A stretch of DNA of 64,000 nucleotides, from IMG/VR virus record IMGVR_UViG_2657245648_000004. One strand, given 5' to 3'. The position numbers were made by a program, and so were the translations under genes. This DNA comes from an uncultured virus (IMG/VR IMGVR_UViG_2657245648_000004). Lineage: Duplodnaviria > Heunggongvirae > Uroviricota > Caudoviricetes. The notes under the pieces are model-generated. The model was not told the origin of the DNA. It saw nothing but the letters and a program-made list of their open reading frames with translations, and made no database searches. This document shows, one piece after another, positions 49,049-59,993 of this stretch. Each line of letters opens with the position of its first letter. Positions within the stretch are counted from its first letter, which is position 1.

Positions 49049-52000
49049 CTACTTTGATAACAAACCACCCTGTCTTTGCTCTTGCCGAATAATGGTTCTT
49101 ACAGCATTACCAATCAACTGGCCTAGCTGTTTTGAATCATTCTGAGTCTCAGTTTTGCTTGAGCCATCAGAGCTTACAGTGACATAAACAGTGATCGGGG
49201 TCTCGTTCGAATTGGATTGCTTTTGGTTCGAATTAATCGCTTCAAATTGTCTAGACTCTCTTCTCGTTGCAATGGCATCAGATTGATTGTTTGATACATA
49301 GCCACCGTTAGCATAACCACTTGGTGAACTCGTCCGCATAGATTCGACAACACTTACCCCACCCCAACGTTTAATATCATCCTGTGACCATACAACTTCG
49401 CCCTTATGCACTACTCCAGCTGGAGTATGTTTAAGCCCATTTCCTGTATAGCCACCATCAGAGAAACCTGCGATTGTTTGTGCTGCAATCAGGCCTACAG
49501 ATGCATAGCCCAAACCACGTACGACGGCGGCAGCTGGAATACCTAAAATTGGGCCGAGCTCTAAAGCTTTGGCTGCTGCAAGCTCTGTACTAATAATACC
49601 TTGTGCAATTGCAATACCTTGTTGAACTAAAAACATTGCTTTATAAGCGCTACTTTGCTCTCCAGCAGACTCCCTAACCATTGCAGTCATATTTCCCCAA
49701 ACCGTTGAAGCTTGAGACATCAACTGCCCATACCCTTCCATTTCTCGCTCTCTAGCAGATTTCTGTAAGTCTTGCTCAAGAAGCGTATATTTTTCATTAA
49801 TTGCATATTTTTGCTGACGAAATATTTCTTCAGCATCTAACAAAGCTTGAAAACGCTTTTCTTCATCAACAATAGTTTTATCTTCAGAGATTGATTTTGC
49901 AGTAGAAGAATAAGATTCATTAGCCTTCTGCATATCATCACTATATTGATTCTGTAGGTTCCATGCATCGAGTTGGTCGGGGGTGAGGTTCTTCTTAGCT
50001 TTTAAGTTTAAAGCTTCGGCTTGAGCAATAGATGCTTGCTCATATATTGCTTTTTGATATTCTTCGAGCTTTTGCTTTTGAAGTTTGCGATATTCCGCAA
50101 TTTCATAATCAAACATGGCTGTTACAGCCTTGCTACGAATCTCTTTTTCAGTATCAGAATATTCTTTTGATGCCTTAATTTGCAGCAATTTAGTTTGCTT
50201 TTGCATCTCAAGTTTTTGAACTTCATTCAAGTGATATTCATTAAGTTCATATTCTAATTGCTGAGCATTGAGTTGCTTTTGTGCATTAAACCGCCCAACT
50301 TCTTTTTCAGTTAAACGTTTTAATTCTTCACCTTTAAAATGCAGCTTTAGGTCACTTATTGTTTTTTGATGCTCTTTTTCTGCGAGAGTATCTTTATCAA
50401 GATATTGGTCTCGTAGTTTTTCTGCCTCTTCTTGAGTCTTTAGAAATTGATTGAGATATGAGTCAAAATCTTTTTCTGACACTCCAGACATATCAAAACC
50501 ATTATTTCCAGCCACATAACCTTTGACGTTTTTGACGTACTGGCGATTAACAGGTCCAATGTTTGTTCCTTTTTCAACATTCCCTTCGCCTGCATGATAA
50601 GCAGAAATAGCTTTATCCCAATTGCCAAACTTTTTAAAGAGGAAGTTTAAATATTTGGCAGCTGCTTCAGCTGCTTTGCCAGTATCAAAAACCTCTTTGC
50701 CGACTAGACCCCAGCGCTTAGCTGTATCGTCCAGCATTTGAAACCCGCCCTTAGCTGTTCCATATTTAGTTTGTGGGCCAATTGCACTTGCTTTCCCTTT
50801 ACTTTCTTGCATATTAATCGCAGAAAGTAGACCTGGTAAAAGTTCATATTTGGACTCAAGGTTTGAAAAATTATATTTAGAAGCATTGGCTTTTACCTGA
50901 GCGTTCACAGCCATAACTTTTTGCTGTTTTTTTAATTCTTTATTTTGTTCACGAATAGACTCTGTTCTTGCATCCGTTTGTGCTTTGATCGATTCTTCGG
51001 ATTTCCAAATCGCTTTTTGAAGATTAATAGTCTCTAGGTCAGCCGCTTTCAAACCCTTAGCAATTGAATCTTTATAGATTTTTAAAAGATCATTTGCTTG
51101 AGCTTCAGTAAATCCTCGCTGCATAACCTTTTCAACAAATTTTGTATCGAACAATTTGTCTTCATACATTTTTCTTAGTGACTTCTGAGCTTCATCAGCT
51201 GCCTCTTTAGTATTTCTGATAGCATCAGCATGTTTTTGTTGTTCGATAGCGGCGTTTTGAGCCTTGTTGCCCGTCAATTCAACTTCTTTACCGAAAAGCT
51301 TAATGGCCGTTTTTGTTTTATCGGCTTTATCATATGCTTCCTTGTATTTCTCAATTTGCTCCTCGAGCGCCTTTCTAAGTGTCGGAGGTAACTTTTCTTT
51401 CGCCAGTTGTTGCAAGGCCTCCTTATAGCTAATGGTTCCTAAACGAGCCTCATTTGAAATGCGTGTAACTTCGACATTGCCCTGTGCATAGTTTTGGATA
51501 TCAATTAGGGCTGAGCCTACACCATATTCCATTTTTTTAAGCTCATCATTCTGAGCTTTAAATGCTGTAGTTAAATCATCAATCGCTTTCGTTCTGGCTT
51601 GACCCTGTAAATTTTTTAATTCTGTCGCGGATCTATTGGCAACGTCCGCTTGCTCCTCGAGCTTCTTATTAGCCTCTTCTGCTTTGTCCTTAAAATAAAC
51701 ATAGGTAGCTGATAATGCTGTTACTCCCAATGCAAGTGCACCTATTGGTCCACCAACTAACCCTAATGCTCCTGAACCCAATTTTCCTAAAGTTGATAAT
51801 GCTGTAACCTTTGTGGCATTGGCTTTTGTTTGTGCCGCTGCAAGCGCCGTCTCAGCTGCAGCTAATTCACGTGTAACTTGGGCTTCAACTTTCTTCAATT
51901 CAGCCATTCGTGTAATAGATTGAGTACGACCAACGGCGTTCATTTGCGCTTTCAATCTTTCAACTTCCAAGGCTTTTTCAGCAGCTAATACTTGTAATGT

Positions 52001-53017
52001 AGCTTGAGAGCTTACAACCTGAGCCTGAGCTGTTTTAACGGCCGCTGACGCCTCTAAGGCATCAGCTATAGCTTTATCCCTACTAGCTTTAACATTCGCT
52101 GTTGTGGCAGCTACATCAGCGTATACAGCAACACTTTTCGCAGCAATTGCTTTAGTTAAATATCCGATTCCTAAAACCATTGCCCCATTTGAAATTAACT
52201 CTAAATTAGACGCTAGCAGTTGAACTGAATCAGCTAAAACCTGAGCTGCTCCACTTCCTTTACCAGCCTCGCCTACAAATTTTGTAATTTCATTGTTTAA
52301 GAGAGTCAAAGACTGACCAATAGTAATATCCGTTTTTGCAAATAGAGCATCAACATCATCTTGAACATTTTTAAGGGCTTTAACGATTTCCTTGGATGTG
52401 ATTTTTCCTTCAGCTGCCACTGATCTTAATTGACCGACGGTAATACCCATGCCTTGAGCGATTGCTTTAGCTAATGCTGGGGTTTGTTCCATTACTGAAT
52501 TAAGCTCTTCCCCTCTTAGCGTTCCGCTTGCCAATGCTTGACCAAACTGTACTAAAGCAGCATCAGCAGCAGCAGCACTTGCACCACTAATTGCTACGGC
52601 TTTCGACACAGTCTCTGTTAAACGAGCTGTATCATCCATCGTCAAGTTAAGTGTTTTCGCATTATCACTAAAACGTTGGTACACCTGAAGAACAGAATCC
52701 CAAGCTGAATATGTTTTTTGTGCAATTCTGAAAGTATCTTCAGTTGCTTTATTAAGCTCAATTTGATTGTTAGTTACTAATTTAAGTCGGTTTTGTAATC
52801 CCGTATAAGTATCCATTTTTGAGACAGCAGCACCAATTGTTACTAGTCCTGCCATATGTCCAGCTAAAGCTCGAGTAGCCACTGAAACACTATCCATAGA
52901 CTTTGAGGCGAAATCACCTTTCTTTTCTATGTTGTCGAGTTCATTGCCTAGATTTCTAGCGTTTCGTTCCGCATTTTTCGAATCAATAGTAATGACCAAA
53001 CGTGATTCTTGAGTCAT
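49049..53017 (-). CDS. Tail tape measure protein, prophage 2, with SLT domain
   Basis: LRGEELNSVMEQ tape-measure domain; QESKG..AKGGFQ..AYHAGEGNV. Confidence 0.92.
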   Translation of the reverse strand: MTQESRLVITIDSKNAERNARNLGNELDNIEKKGDFASKSMDSVSVATRALAGHMAGLVTIGAAVSKMDTYTGLQNRLKLVTNNQIELNKATEDTFRIAQKTYSAWDSVLQVYQRFSDNAKTLNLTMDDTARLTETVSKAVAISGASAAAADAALVQFGQALASGTLRGEELNSVMEQTPALAKAIAQGMGITVGQLRSVAAEGKITSKEIVKALKNVQDDVDALFAKTDITIGQSLTLLNNEITKFVGEAGKGSGAAQVLADSVQLLASNLELISNGAMVLGIGYLTKAIAAKSVAVYADVAATTANVKASRDKAIADALEASAAVKTAQAQVVSSQATLQVLAAEKALEVERLKAQMNAVGRTQSITRMAELKKVEAQVTRELAAAETALAAAQTKANATKVTALSTLGKLGSGALGLVGGPIGALALGVTALSATYVYFKDKAEEANKKLEEQADVANRSATELKNLQGQARTKAIDDLTTAFKAQNDELKKMEYGVGSALIDIQNYAQGNVEVTRISNEARLGTISYKEALQQLAKEKLPPTLRKALEEQIEKYKEAYDKADKTKTAIKLFGKEVELTGNKAQNAAIEQQKHADAIRNTKEAADEAQKSLRKMYEDKLFDTKFVEKVMQRGFTEAQANDLLKIYKDSIAKGLKAADLETINLQKAIWKSEESIKAQTDARTESIREQNKELKKQQKVMAVNAQVKANASKYNFSNLESKYELLPGLLSAINMQESKGKASAIGPQTKYGTAKGGFQMLDDTAKRWGLVGKEVFDTGKAAEAAAKYLNFLFKKFGNWDKAISAYHAGEGNVEKGTNIGPVNRQYVKNVKGYVAGNNGFDMSGVSEKDFDSYLNQFLKTQEEAEKLRDQYLDKDTLAEKEHQKTISDLKLHFKGEELKRLTEKEVGRFNAQKQLNAQQLEYELNEYHLNEVQKLEMQKQTKLLQIKASKEYSDTEKEIRSKAVTAMFDYEIAEYRKLQKQKLEEYQKAIYEQASIAQAEALNLKAKKNLTPDQLDAWNLQNQYSDDMQKANESYSSTAKSISEDKTIVDEEKRFQALLDAEEIFRQQKYAINEKYTLLEQDLQKSAREREMEGYGQLMSQASTVWGNMTAMVRESAGEQSSAYKAMFLVQQGIAIAQGIISTELAAAKALELGPILGIPAAAVVRGLGYASVGLIAAQTIAGFSDGGYTGNGLKHTPAGVVHKGEVVWSQDDIKRWGGVSVVESMRTSSPSGYANGGYVSNNQSDAIATRRESRQFEAINSNQKQSNSNETPITVYVTVSSDGSSKTETQNDSKQLGQLIGNAVRTIIRQEQRQGGLLSK

Positions 53018-53077
53018 CTTTAACTTTCCTCTAGGCAATAAAAAACCCGCTTTCGCGGGTTAATTGTTTAATTTGAA

Positions 53078-53479
53078 TTAATTTCTCAGTGCTTTCTCAC
53101 AATATGGCGATGCATTTTGTAAGTTTGGATCTGGGCTGTACTGGTAACTACCTCCACCATAGTAGTTAGCTTTTAACTCAAGTTTAGAGTCTGTTTTACT
53201 TTTGATAGTTTGCTTCAAACCTGATTGAACGATGACTTCATTTCCACTTACTTTTAATTTTTCGACAGAATCTTTACCGTTCCAACTAGAACACATAAGC
53301 CCTGTACCGTCTTTTTTGAAGGAATAAGTCACAGCATATGGACCATTGTTGCCCGACCAGTATCCGTTTAGATCTGTTGCAGTCGGAATAACAGACATGT
53401 ATTGATTGTTCATCATATCAGTTGTAGCTGCACAACCACCAAGACCAAAAACTAAGCCCAATAAAATAATCTTTTTCAT
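53078..53479 (-). CDS. Lipoprotein (accessory; no visible similarity to 4078-4623)
   Basis: MKKIILLGLVFGLGGC lipobox. Confidence 0.75.
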   Translation of the reverse strand: MKKIILLGLVFGLGGCAATTDMMNNQYMSVIPTATDLNGYWSGNNGPYAVTYSFKKDGTGLMCSSWNGKDSVEKLKVSGNEVIVQSGLKQTIKSKTDSKLELKANYYGGGSYQYSPDPNLQNASPYCEKALRN

Positions 53480-53559
53480 GAAATTACCCATCATTTTTAA
53501 TGGATAAAATTTAACAGGTGGGAAATAAAAAAGCCACTCGGTTGAGTGGCTTCTCTATT

Positions 53560-53973
53560 TTAAGCATGTAGTAGCTTTTCAGCACCAGCGGCCAAAAATG
53601 CTGATCGGGTTTTAAATCTTTTCCCTTTACCTACATTTTCATCAATTATATGGATTAATCGACTTGGTAAAGTTACGTTAATTTTTTCAGGCTTACCTAA
53701 GTAGCGACTAACATCAACCTCAGTTACCGCCCAGATCATACCTAAATAATCAGCTAGATCTACAAACTTACTTACATCCGATGCTAATGGAATTTCTTCA
53801 CCATCTTCAGCCAAGATTTCTAAGTGTCCAGAAATAGCCTCTTTAACATTCTCGATAGCTTCCTCCAATGTATCGCCTGCGCTGAAACATCCTGGAATAT
53901 CTGGAACGATGACACCATAGGCTTCGGTGTCTGTACCTCTTTCGATAGCAATTGGATACAACATTGCACTCAC
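53560..53973 (-). CDS. hicB: HicB antitoxin (copy 2)
   Basis: Close homologue of 4692-5105. Confidence 0.93.
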   Translation of the reverse strand: MSAMLYPIAIERGTDTEAYGVIVPDIPGCFSAGDTLEEAIENVKEAISGHLEILAEDGEEIPLASDVSKFVDLADYLGMIWAVTEVDVSRYLGKPEKINVTLPSRLIHIIDENVGKGKRFKTRSAFLAAGAEKLLHA

Positions 53974-54028
53974 CTCTTGTACAAAATCGTACTGTGAAAT
54001 AGGACTATATGAGTCTGATTGAAGCGGG

Positions 54029-54211
54029 TCAATTTAGACCCGCTTGCTTCAAAATGCTTTTAACAGTTCCGCTTGGTAATTCCTTTTTGGGATGAGGGAT
54101 AGTAACTAAACCCCCTTTAGTTGGATGTTTGAAGTGATGATGACTTCCTTTAACCCTAACTAAGTACCAACCGTCTGCTTCAATCATTTTGACTAAATCC
54201 AGACTTTTCAC
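54029..54211 (-). CDS. hicA: HicA toxin (copy 2)
   Basis: Close homologue of 5161-5343. Confidence 0.93.
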   Translation of the reverse strand: MKSLDLVKMIEADGWYLVRVKGSHHHFKHPTKGGLVTIPHPKKELPSGTVKSILKQAGLN

Positions 54212-54279
54212 ACCGTCCCCTTATTAACTTGATGAGACAATTATAACCCTAGAGTTATTTTAAGTAAATACCTCTAGAG

Positions 54280-55076
54280 TTATTTTTTAATGGGTTTCTT
54301 CATTTTTTTATGCGAATCATCAAGAAAAATATTATCCATCGCAAAAATACAGTCATTAAAGATATCTCTTTCAACTGGCAATTCGTAATGTTCACAGTAC
54401 GCAGATATTGATGAGATATCCAAAGCTAAAGGAATTCCCTGCTCATAGCGTCTTGAACGTGAAATCACGTTGTACGCAGATAGTATTGCATGAGAGGTAA
54501 ACGAATACTCAGGCTTCTCAAACTCTTGAGGCTTTTTTAGATTTAAGGCTTTGGCGATTGCGGCTTGCTTCTGGTTGTAGTCGCTCGCTTCTTCTTCTGA
54601 GTTGAACTTGGACCAGTTGTAGAGCTTGAGGACTTTCCCACCACTTCTTCCTTATATGAATCCGCCTCCTTTTGGATAGTTTCTGCTTCTTGTCTTATAT
54701 AAAGCCAGATTGCTACGCCAATATCACCCATATTTAAAAGCTTTGTCGCATTTTCAGGTGAATATTCTGGCTCCGTTACTACGGTTTCTTTTTCAGCATT
54801 CTCTTCTTCAAAAACGACGCCTTTCCAGTCCTCAATTAAATGGCATGCAGCCGCTTCTAAAAGAAGCTCATGATAGAGTTTATCCTCTATAGTGGCCTTG
54901 CTAACATCATAACCCTTAGAGGTGATTTGATTGTTTGCTCGCTCAAGGGCAACTTGATAAGGCTTATATGCGATACCTCGAATTTTAAATTCAGCTAATA
55001 CACTGCCCTCCCCGTCAACATATTTGCGCCATTTACTAACTGTTTTACTAGTCTGAATGCTTACTTTTAAAGCCAT
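54280..55076 (-). CDS. Tail assembly chaperone G (54543-55076) and frameshifted GT (to 54280)
   Basis: GGGAAAG at 54633-54639; the -1 frame ends in the 54280-54468 ORF. Confidence 0.85.
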
Positions 55077-55121
55077 ATTCAACTCCAAAAAAAGCAGCCA
55101 TAAAGGCTGCTATCAGATTAA

Positions 55122-56051
55122 TTAAGGCGCAGGTACTGCGGCAGGTGTGCGTGTAATAGTTGGGGCTACTTCCACAACCTTATATTCGAATGAAGCATTC
55201 AAAAGGTCAGTAGTGCCACCACTTGGTAACGGTGCTGTGATTTCAGCTTTAGGGATAAAGATTTCATATTTATTCCCATCAGTGTCAGTGATTGGAACTT
55301 TTAAAGAAATCGTTTTATTAGTGAATTGCTTTTCATACATATCAGATGTATTTCGAGACCAAGCTGCTGTAAATGAACCAGTACCAGCAGCAAGCATCTC
55401 TAATATTGCACGTGCATCAATCCCCCCACCTAAACAGCGTTGCAGCTGCATCGTATTATCCCAATTAAAAGTAAAGGCGGTCAGACATGAAATTCCTGCT
55501 TGAGAAACGCCGTCAATCAAAATATCGCCTACGGATACATTCGATAATTTGGGGCTATTATCTGCGGCCGTAATTGTTCCAGCTGGAGCCGTAGAAAAGT
55601 TCGTGCGACCGAGGGCCATTAGGCCGAAGGTCATTGTGATTAATCCCGCCTCAGGAATATCAATTCCAAATGTATTTACATGGCACCCACGGAAAACATG
55701 GTAGTCGTTAACATCTTCGAAACCACGTAAGACAGAAAAGGTTTGTCGAAGAGTTCCGCCAAAAGTTAAAACATTTGATGACCAGCTATTAAAAGCTGCT
55801 GCGGCCATCAGGTCTTGCACTAAAGGACTATACTTAGCTTCACATTTTAATTCACCGGCATACTCTGCACCGGTGATCATTGACGCACGTGCAATACGTC
55901 CGCTAGTAATTGAATTTGAATCTTCCTTCGTTACTGTTGCATCTAAACCATTTTCAGTAAATTCAAAGGTAGTACGTACAAAAGGTGAAGGCGTTGTGCC
56001 AACCGTTGTTTCTTTTGCAATTTGTGTTATCTGACGTGCACCACTCGACAT
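55122..56051 (-). CDS. Major tail tube protein, prophage 2
   Basis: Near-identical to 6253-7182. Confidence 0.88.
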   Translation of the reverse strand: MSSGARQITQIAKETTVGTTPSPFVRTTFEFTENGLDATVTKEDSNSITSGRIARASMITGAEYAGELKCEAKYSPLVQDLMAAAAFNSWSSNVLTFGGTLRQTFSVLRGFEDVNDYHVFRGCHVNTFGIDIPEAGLITMTFGLMALGRTNFSTAPAGTITAADNSPKLSNVSVGDILIDGVSQAGISCLTAFTFNWDNTMQLQRCLGGGIDARAILEMLAAGTGSFTAAWSRNTSDMYEKQFTNKTISLKVPITDTDGNKYEIFIPKAEITAPLPSGGTTDLLNASFEYKVVEVAPTITRTPAAVPAP

Positions 56052-56159
56052 GTCTTATTACTCCAAACGTTAGGCATAAAAAAAGCCACCCGAAGGTGGC
56101 CACTAAATTTCTGGCGAAAAAAAACCGCCCTAAGGCGGTGTGAATTAGCTATTTAATAA

Positions 56160-56554
56160 TTACTGATTCTTTCTGTGTTTTTCTTTGAGCGCTTCTATTT
56201 CTTCGTTACGGAATTTCTTCCCGCAATTAGAGCACTTCCATAAATGATTGCCGTCAAAACTATGACATGCTGTTTCAACTTGGTTGTGGCGGCAATTCAC
56301 ATCCTCTTGTTCGTCATACAATTTGAATGGATTGTAAATTGATATATCTGGTTTACTTTCAATCATGTTTTCACCACAGCTTTTAATTGGCTTTCGTTGA
56401 ATTTATGCCCACATTTGCTACACATCCAAATAGATGAATGACCTAGACTGTCTATTCTCAAATATTCAACAGTTTTATGACTGCAAGGGCTTTCATGTGA
56501 AACTTCAACGGATAGAACCTCACCAGTTAATGTTTCAAAGTATCTTTTTGTCAA
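56160..56554 (-). CDS. Two small Zn-ribbon proteins (56160-56366, 56363-56554)
   Basis: C.H...W.CS.CG.KF motif in both. Confidence 0.6.
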
Positions 56555-56555
56555 A

Positions 56556-58986
56556 TCAATTCACCGTAAAAGCAACTGTCACATTGTGTTGTATAAAATC
56601 AGCATCTTTACCCGCATCAATTGCTTGTCCTTGCCAGAATTTCAAATGGTCGATACTGAAACATTCAAAATGAGCAAGCAAAGCATCACTAAGTTTCGTT
56701 ATGTCCATGTCACCAGTATTAAGTCTTGCGAAACATTGAATTAAAATATTCCCAGTACGGCGTATAGTTGGATCATCAGCAAGTCCAGCAATAAAACTAG
56801 ATCCACCTTTAATGGTTAATCGGCACCACAAGCCTTTTGTTGGCACCGAAAAGCCTGGAGTATTAGGGTATTGAATTCTTTCCTGAGCAATACCTTCAAA
56901 ACTCATCATACGGTCTACAATTGCTTGTCTAGCTTGCTCTAAAGTCATTGCCATCTTAACCACCATACTTTTGAGAAATATAAGTAAACGTAGTGCTGTA
57001 GATACCCTGTGGTGCTTGATCAGACCAACCATTTTCCAATCGTTCCGCATAAGGCTTATTGTTTTGTATGTAAACTAAATTACCCAGCTTAAACTTAACA
57101 GCTTGAATCGCTGCATCTTGAACGGCGTTTGTTTCAGGTCCACGAGAGCTATAATCACCAGATCCAATCGAAACTATATGTGATGCTCTATAAGCTCCAG
57201 TATCAACTGGACTAGTAACAACAAGTGATTGCACGGTATCCATTACAATTTTCTTAACCTGGTCTTCAGCATTTTTTACAACATCGAAGCTAAAGTTAGT
57301 CGGCTTTTTCCCCGTCCACCCCATTGCTCACCTCGCTTGCTTCGTACATTTCAAATAAGTCTTGAGCGATCGCTTGAATTGAATATGCTTCAAACTCAAC
57401 ACTAGGTTCACTCTCACCCATTCGCCGCTTTACTATTTGCCAGACATGAACAGCTTCATGTAAAAGCAATCCATAAACTTGAATTTGATCTTTATCTGAC
57501 GTATCCCCGATCTGGACAATTGCATAAGCACCATCAGAAAAAGTGCTAACCTGTGCATCCGCTCCCATATCCAAAAATTGATCGGCTTTATCCATATCTT
57601 CAAATAACAAATCCATGTGAAGCTGATTTCTAGCAAGCGTGTACTGCACATGTTGGAAAGGTGTGATGTACCACTCAGGCACATAATCGTTATTAACCAT
57701 GGCCATCTTCTCAGCTTGGTAAGAGTGTTTCCGTAGCCTCTCTACCATCAAATGAATTATGAATAAAAATGCCATCCACAATTTTGGGATGGCATTCACA
57801 ATGAAAAAAAGTGTGTGGTCTTAAATCATCTTCAGGTACCACTTGAACACTTTCATGAAATTTATATACAACCCAAGACATCACACTCTCCGTAACTGAC
57901 ACTTCCAAATGGTCGCGGCTGGATCTTGTTGGATATGTATTACACGGAATGTTCCTAACCCAGTAATCCACTCATCATCAATTTTCGGTACCATAGTCAC
58001 TTCATTTTGAAGAATGACAGCTTTGTTATCAGTCGCGAGTACACCTAGCGTCTGGATCTCATACTGATTGTACGAGCCAAACAAAACACCACGACCAGAA
58101 TAATTTTGAACTACATTTTCAGAAGTGTTAGTTTTAGGATTCCAGTTTGTACTGACTATCCTTTCACACGTAAAAGTATGAACGGCGTCGGCTAGATCCT
58201 CGTCAAATGCTTCAGCAATTTCTGCCTGAAGTTCTTCTCTCAAGCCCATCATATTTTCCTGATATAGATGACTGATCGCCGTTTGCAATATGGTTTGATC
58301 AAATCAAGAATGTATTGCTCAGTTGCATTAAGCTTTACAGAACCGTCTTGATACTCCTTTTCAGACTCAACCTCAGCTTTCACTCTTTTGCGCTTTAAAG
58401 CTGGTTCTTGGCCTTGATACAGGTCGCCCTTCATGATGCCTTTTATGACTTCAAATGATGCCGTTTTCAGGGCTTTAGGAACTGTGGTTATATCTTCATA
58501 AGGTTTAACATTACGAGCCAATAAGTAAGCTTCTGACTTTTCAAGAAAGTCTGCTTTATCACCGTCAGATAAAGCATTAAAGCCTGCTACACGTTCAATT
58601 GCTTCTTGTTCAGTGATAAAGCTCATAGATTATTCCTTGGGTATTAATGCTAAAAGTTCGTCTTTTTTAGCACCTGATTCAAATGCAATACCCTTTTCAG
58701 TTAACACAGCTTTTAACTCGTCAACTTTAAGTCCTGCATAGTTAATTGGTTGCACCTGGTCATCACCAGCGTTTTGGTTGTCTTGAGTTTGCTTGTTGTC
58801 ACCTTCAGGGTTTTGTTTACCTGCTCCCAATTCAAGCTCGGCAATTCGTACTTTCATTGCTTCAGGATCATTCTGGAAAGCAATAAACTCACCTTTTAAA
58901 GTTGCCAGCTGCTCTTCAAGCTCATTAATTTTTGCTTCTGTCATTTGTTGTCTTTCCCGTGCACGGTTAAATGATGAAAGGCCCAT
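56556..58986 (-). CDS. Neck module of prophage 2: terminator 56556-56954, gp10-like 56956-57324, HExxH 57296-57706, His/Cys-rich 57711-57881, head closure 57881-58249, connector 58249-58626, HeH/LEM 58630-58986
   Basis: Gene-for-gene homology with 7504-10260. Confidence 0.8.
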
Positions 58987-59029
58987 CTGAGGATCTCCAA
59001 AAAAATAGGCGGTGTTACCCGCCTTTTAG

Positions 59030-59980
59030 TTATTTGATCTTGTGCTTGAATGCCACAATACGGATTTGTTTTGGATCGTAAACTCGTTCCCAGTTGGTGC
59101 CTGTTGCAAGACCAGAGTTCTTCGGTGCAATTCCAGTCGTCCCTGCCCATTTAATGCCACGAGGATGCAATACAAAGTGACGACGGTTAATTAGAATGTC
59201 TACACCAGCAAGACTATCTCGGTCTGTTTCTACTCCATTTGGTGCGCCAATATCCTGGAAACCAATCGCGCCCTGGCCAAACAGGAATGAGGTGAATACA
59301 TCACCTTCAACTGGCATACCGTCATCAACAATCACACGGCGATCCATGAAGGTTTTATAGAGCAAAACACCATCAGCATCACGTACAGTTTCAATCAAGC
59401 CTTGCTTAGATAAGGCAGCCATAGTGAACGAATGCATTGAAATCGCCGTCAATTTATCAACCGCATCACCAAGTTTGTAAGATGCATCCACAAATGAATG
59501 CCCATCAATGACTGCAGCTGCGCCAGTTCCTGCTGAAATATCGTGAACATTGCTAGCCATATTTGCAGCACTGAATACGCCTTTTAACGTGTTTACAGTA
59601 AAGCCTTGAAATTCACGTGACCAGTAATCTGCTACAAGATCACCAACTGCACCTAAAGGATCATCACCAGATAATGCCTTTGCTAAATCATTAGCACCCC
59701 ATGCTTTACCACGAGCATGAAGAATTGCTAAATCCTGACCCGATGTGATGTTATTTACAGTTAAAGGATTTTGATCAGAGAGAACCTCCGACTCACCACT
59801 TAAGTCATCCCAGAAAGGAATATTTACAGTGGTACCGCCTTTTGTTCCAAATGCCACATCTACATCCAGATCCCCAACAATACCGGATTGCCATAAAGCA
59901 GACTTTTCGGCAGTTTTGTTTAATACATACGGAGTGAATAACTCAGGTACGATTACATCAGCAATTTTTGTCTCAGCCAT
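59030..59980 (-). CDS. Major capsid protein, prophage 2 (different lineage from 10327-11280)
   Basis: T.IADVIVPELF..Y, GG..VNIPFW.DL.G, VE.DRD, LHPRG.KW. Confidence 0.88.
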   Translation of the reverse strand: MAETKIADVIVPELFTPYVLNKTAEKSALWQSGIVGDLDVDVAFGTKGGTTVNIPFWDDLSGESEVLSDQNPLTVNNITSGQDLAILHARGKAWGANDLAKALSGDDPLGAVGDLVADYWSREFQGFTVNTLKGVFSAANMASNVHDISAGTGAAAVIDGHSFVDASYKLGDAVDKLTAISMHSFTMAALSKQGLIETVRDADGVLLYKTFMDRRVIVDDGMPVEGDVFTSFLFGQGAIGFQDIGAPNGVETDRDSLAGVDILINRRHFVLHPRGIKWAGTTGIAPKNSGLATGTNWERVYDPKQIRIVAFKHKIK

Positions 59981-59993
59981 TAGGCTTTACTCC

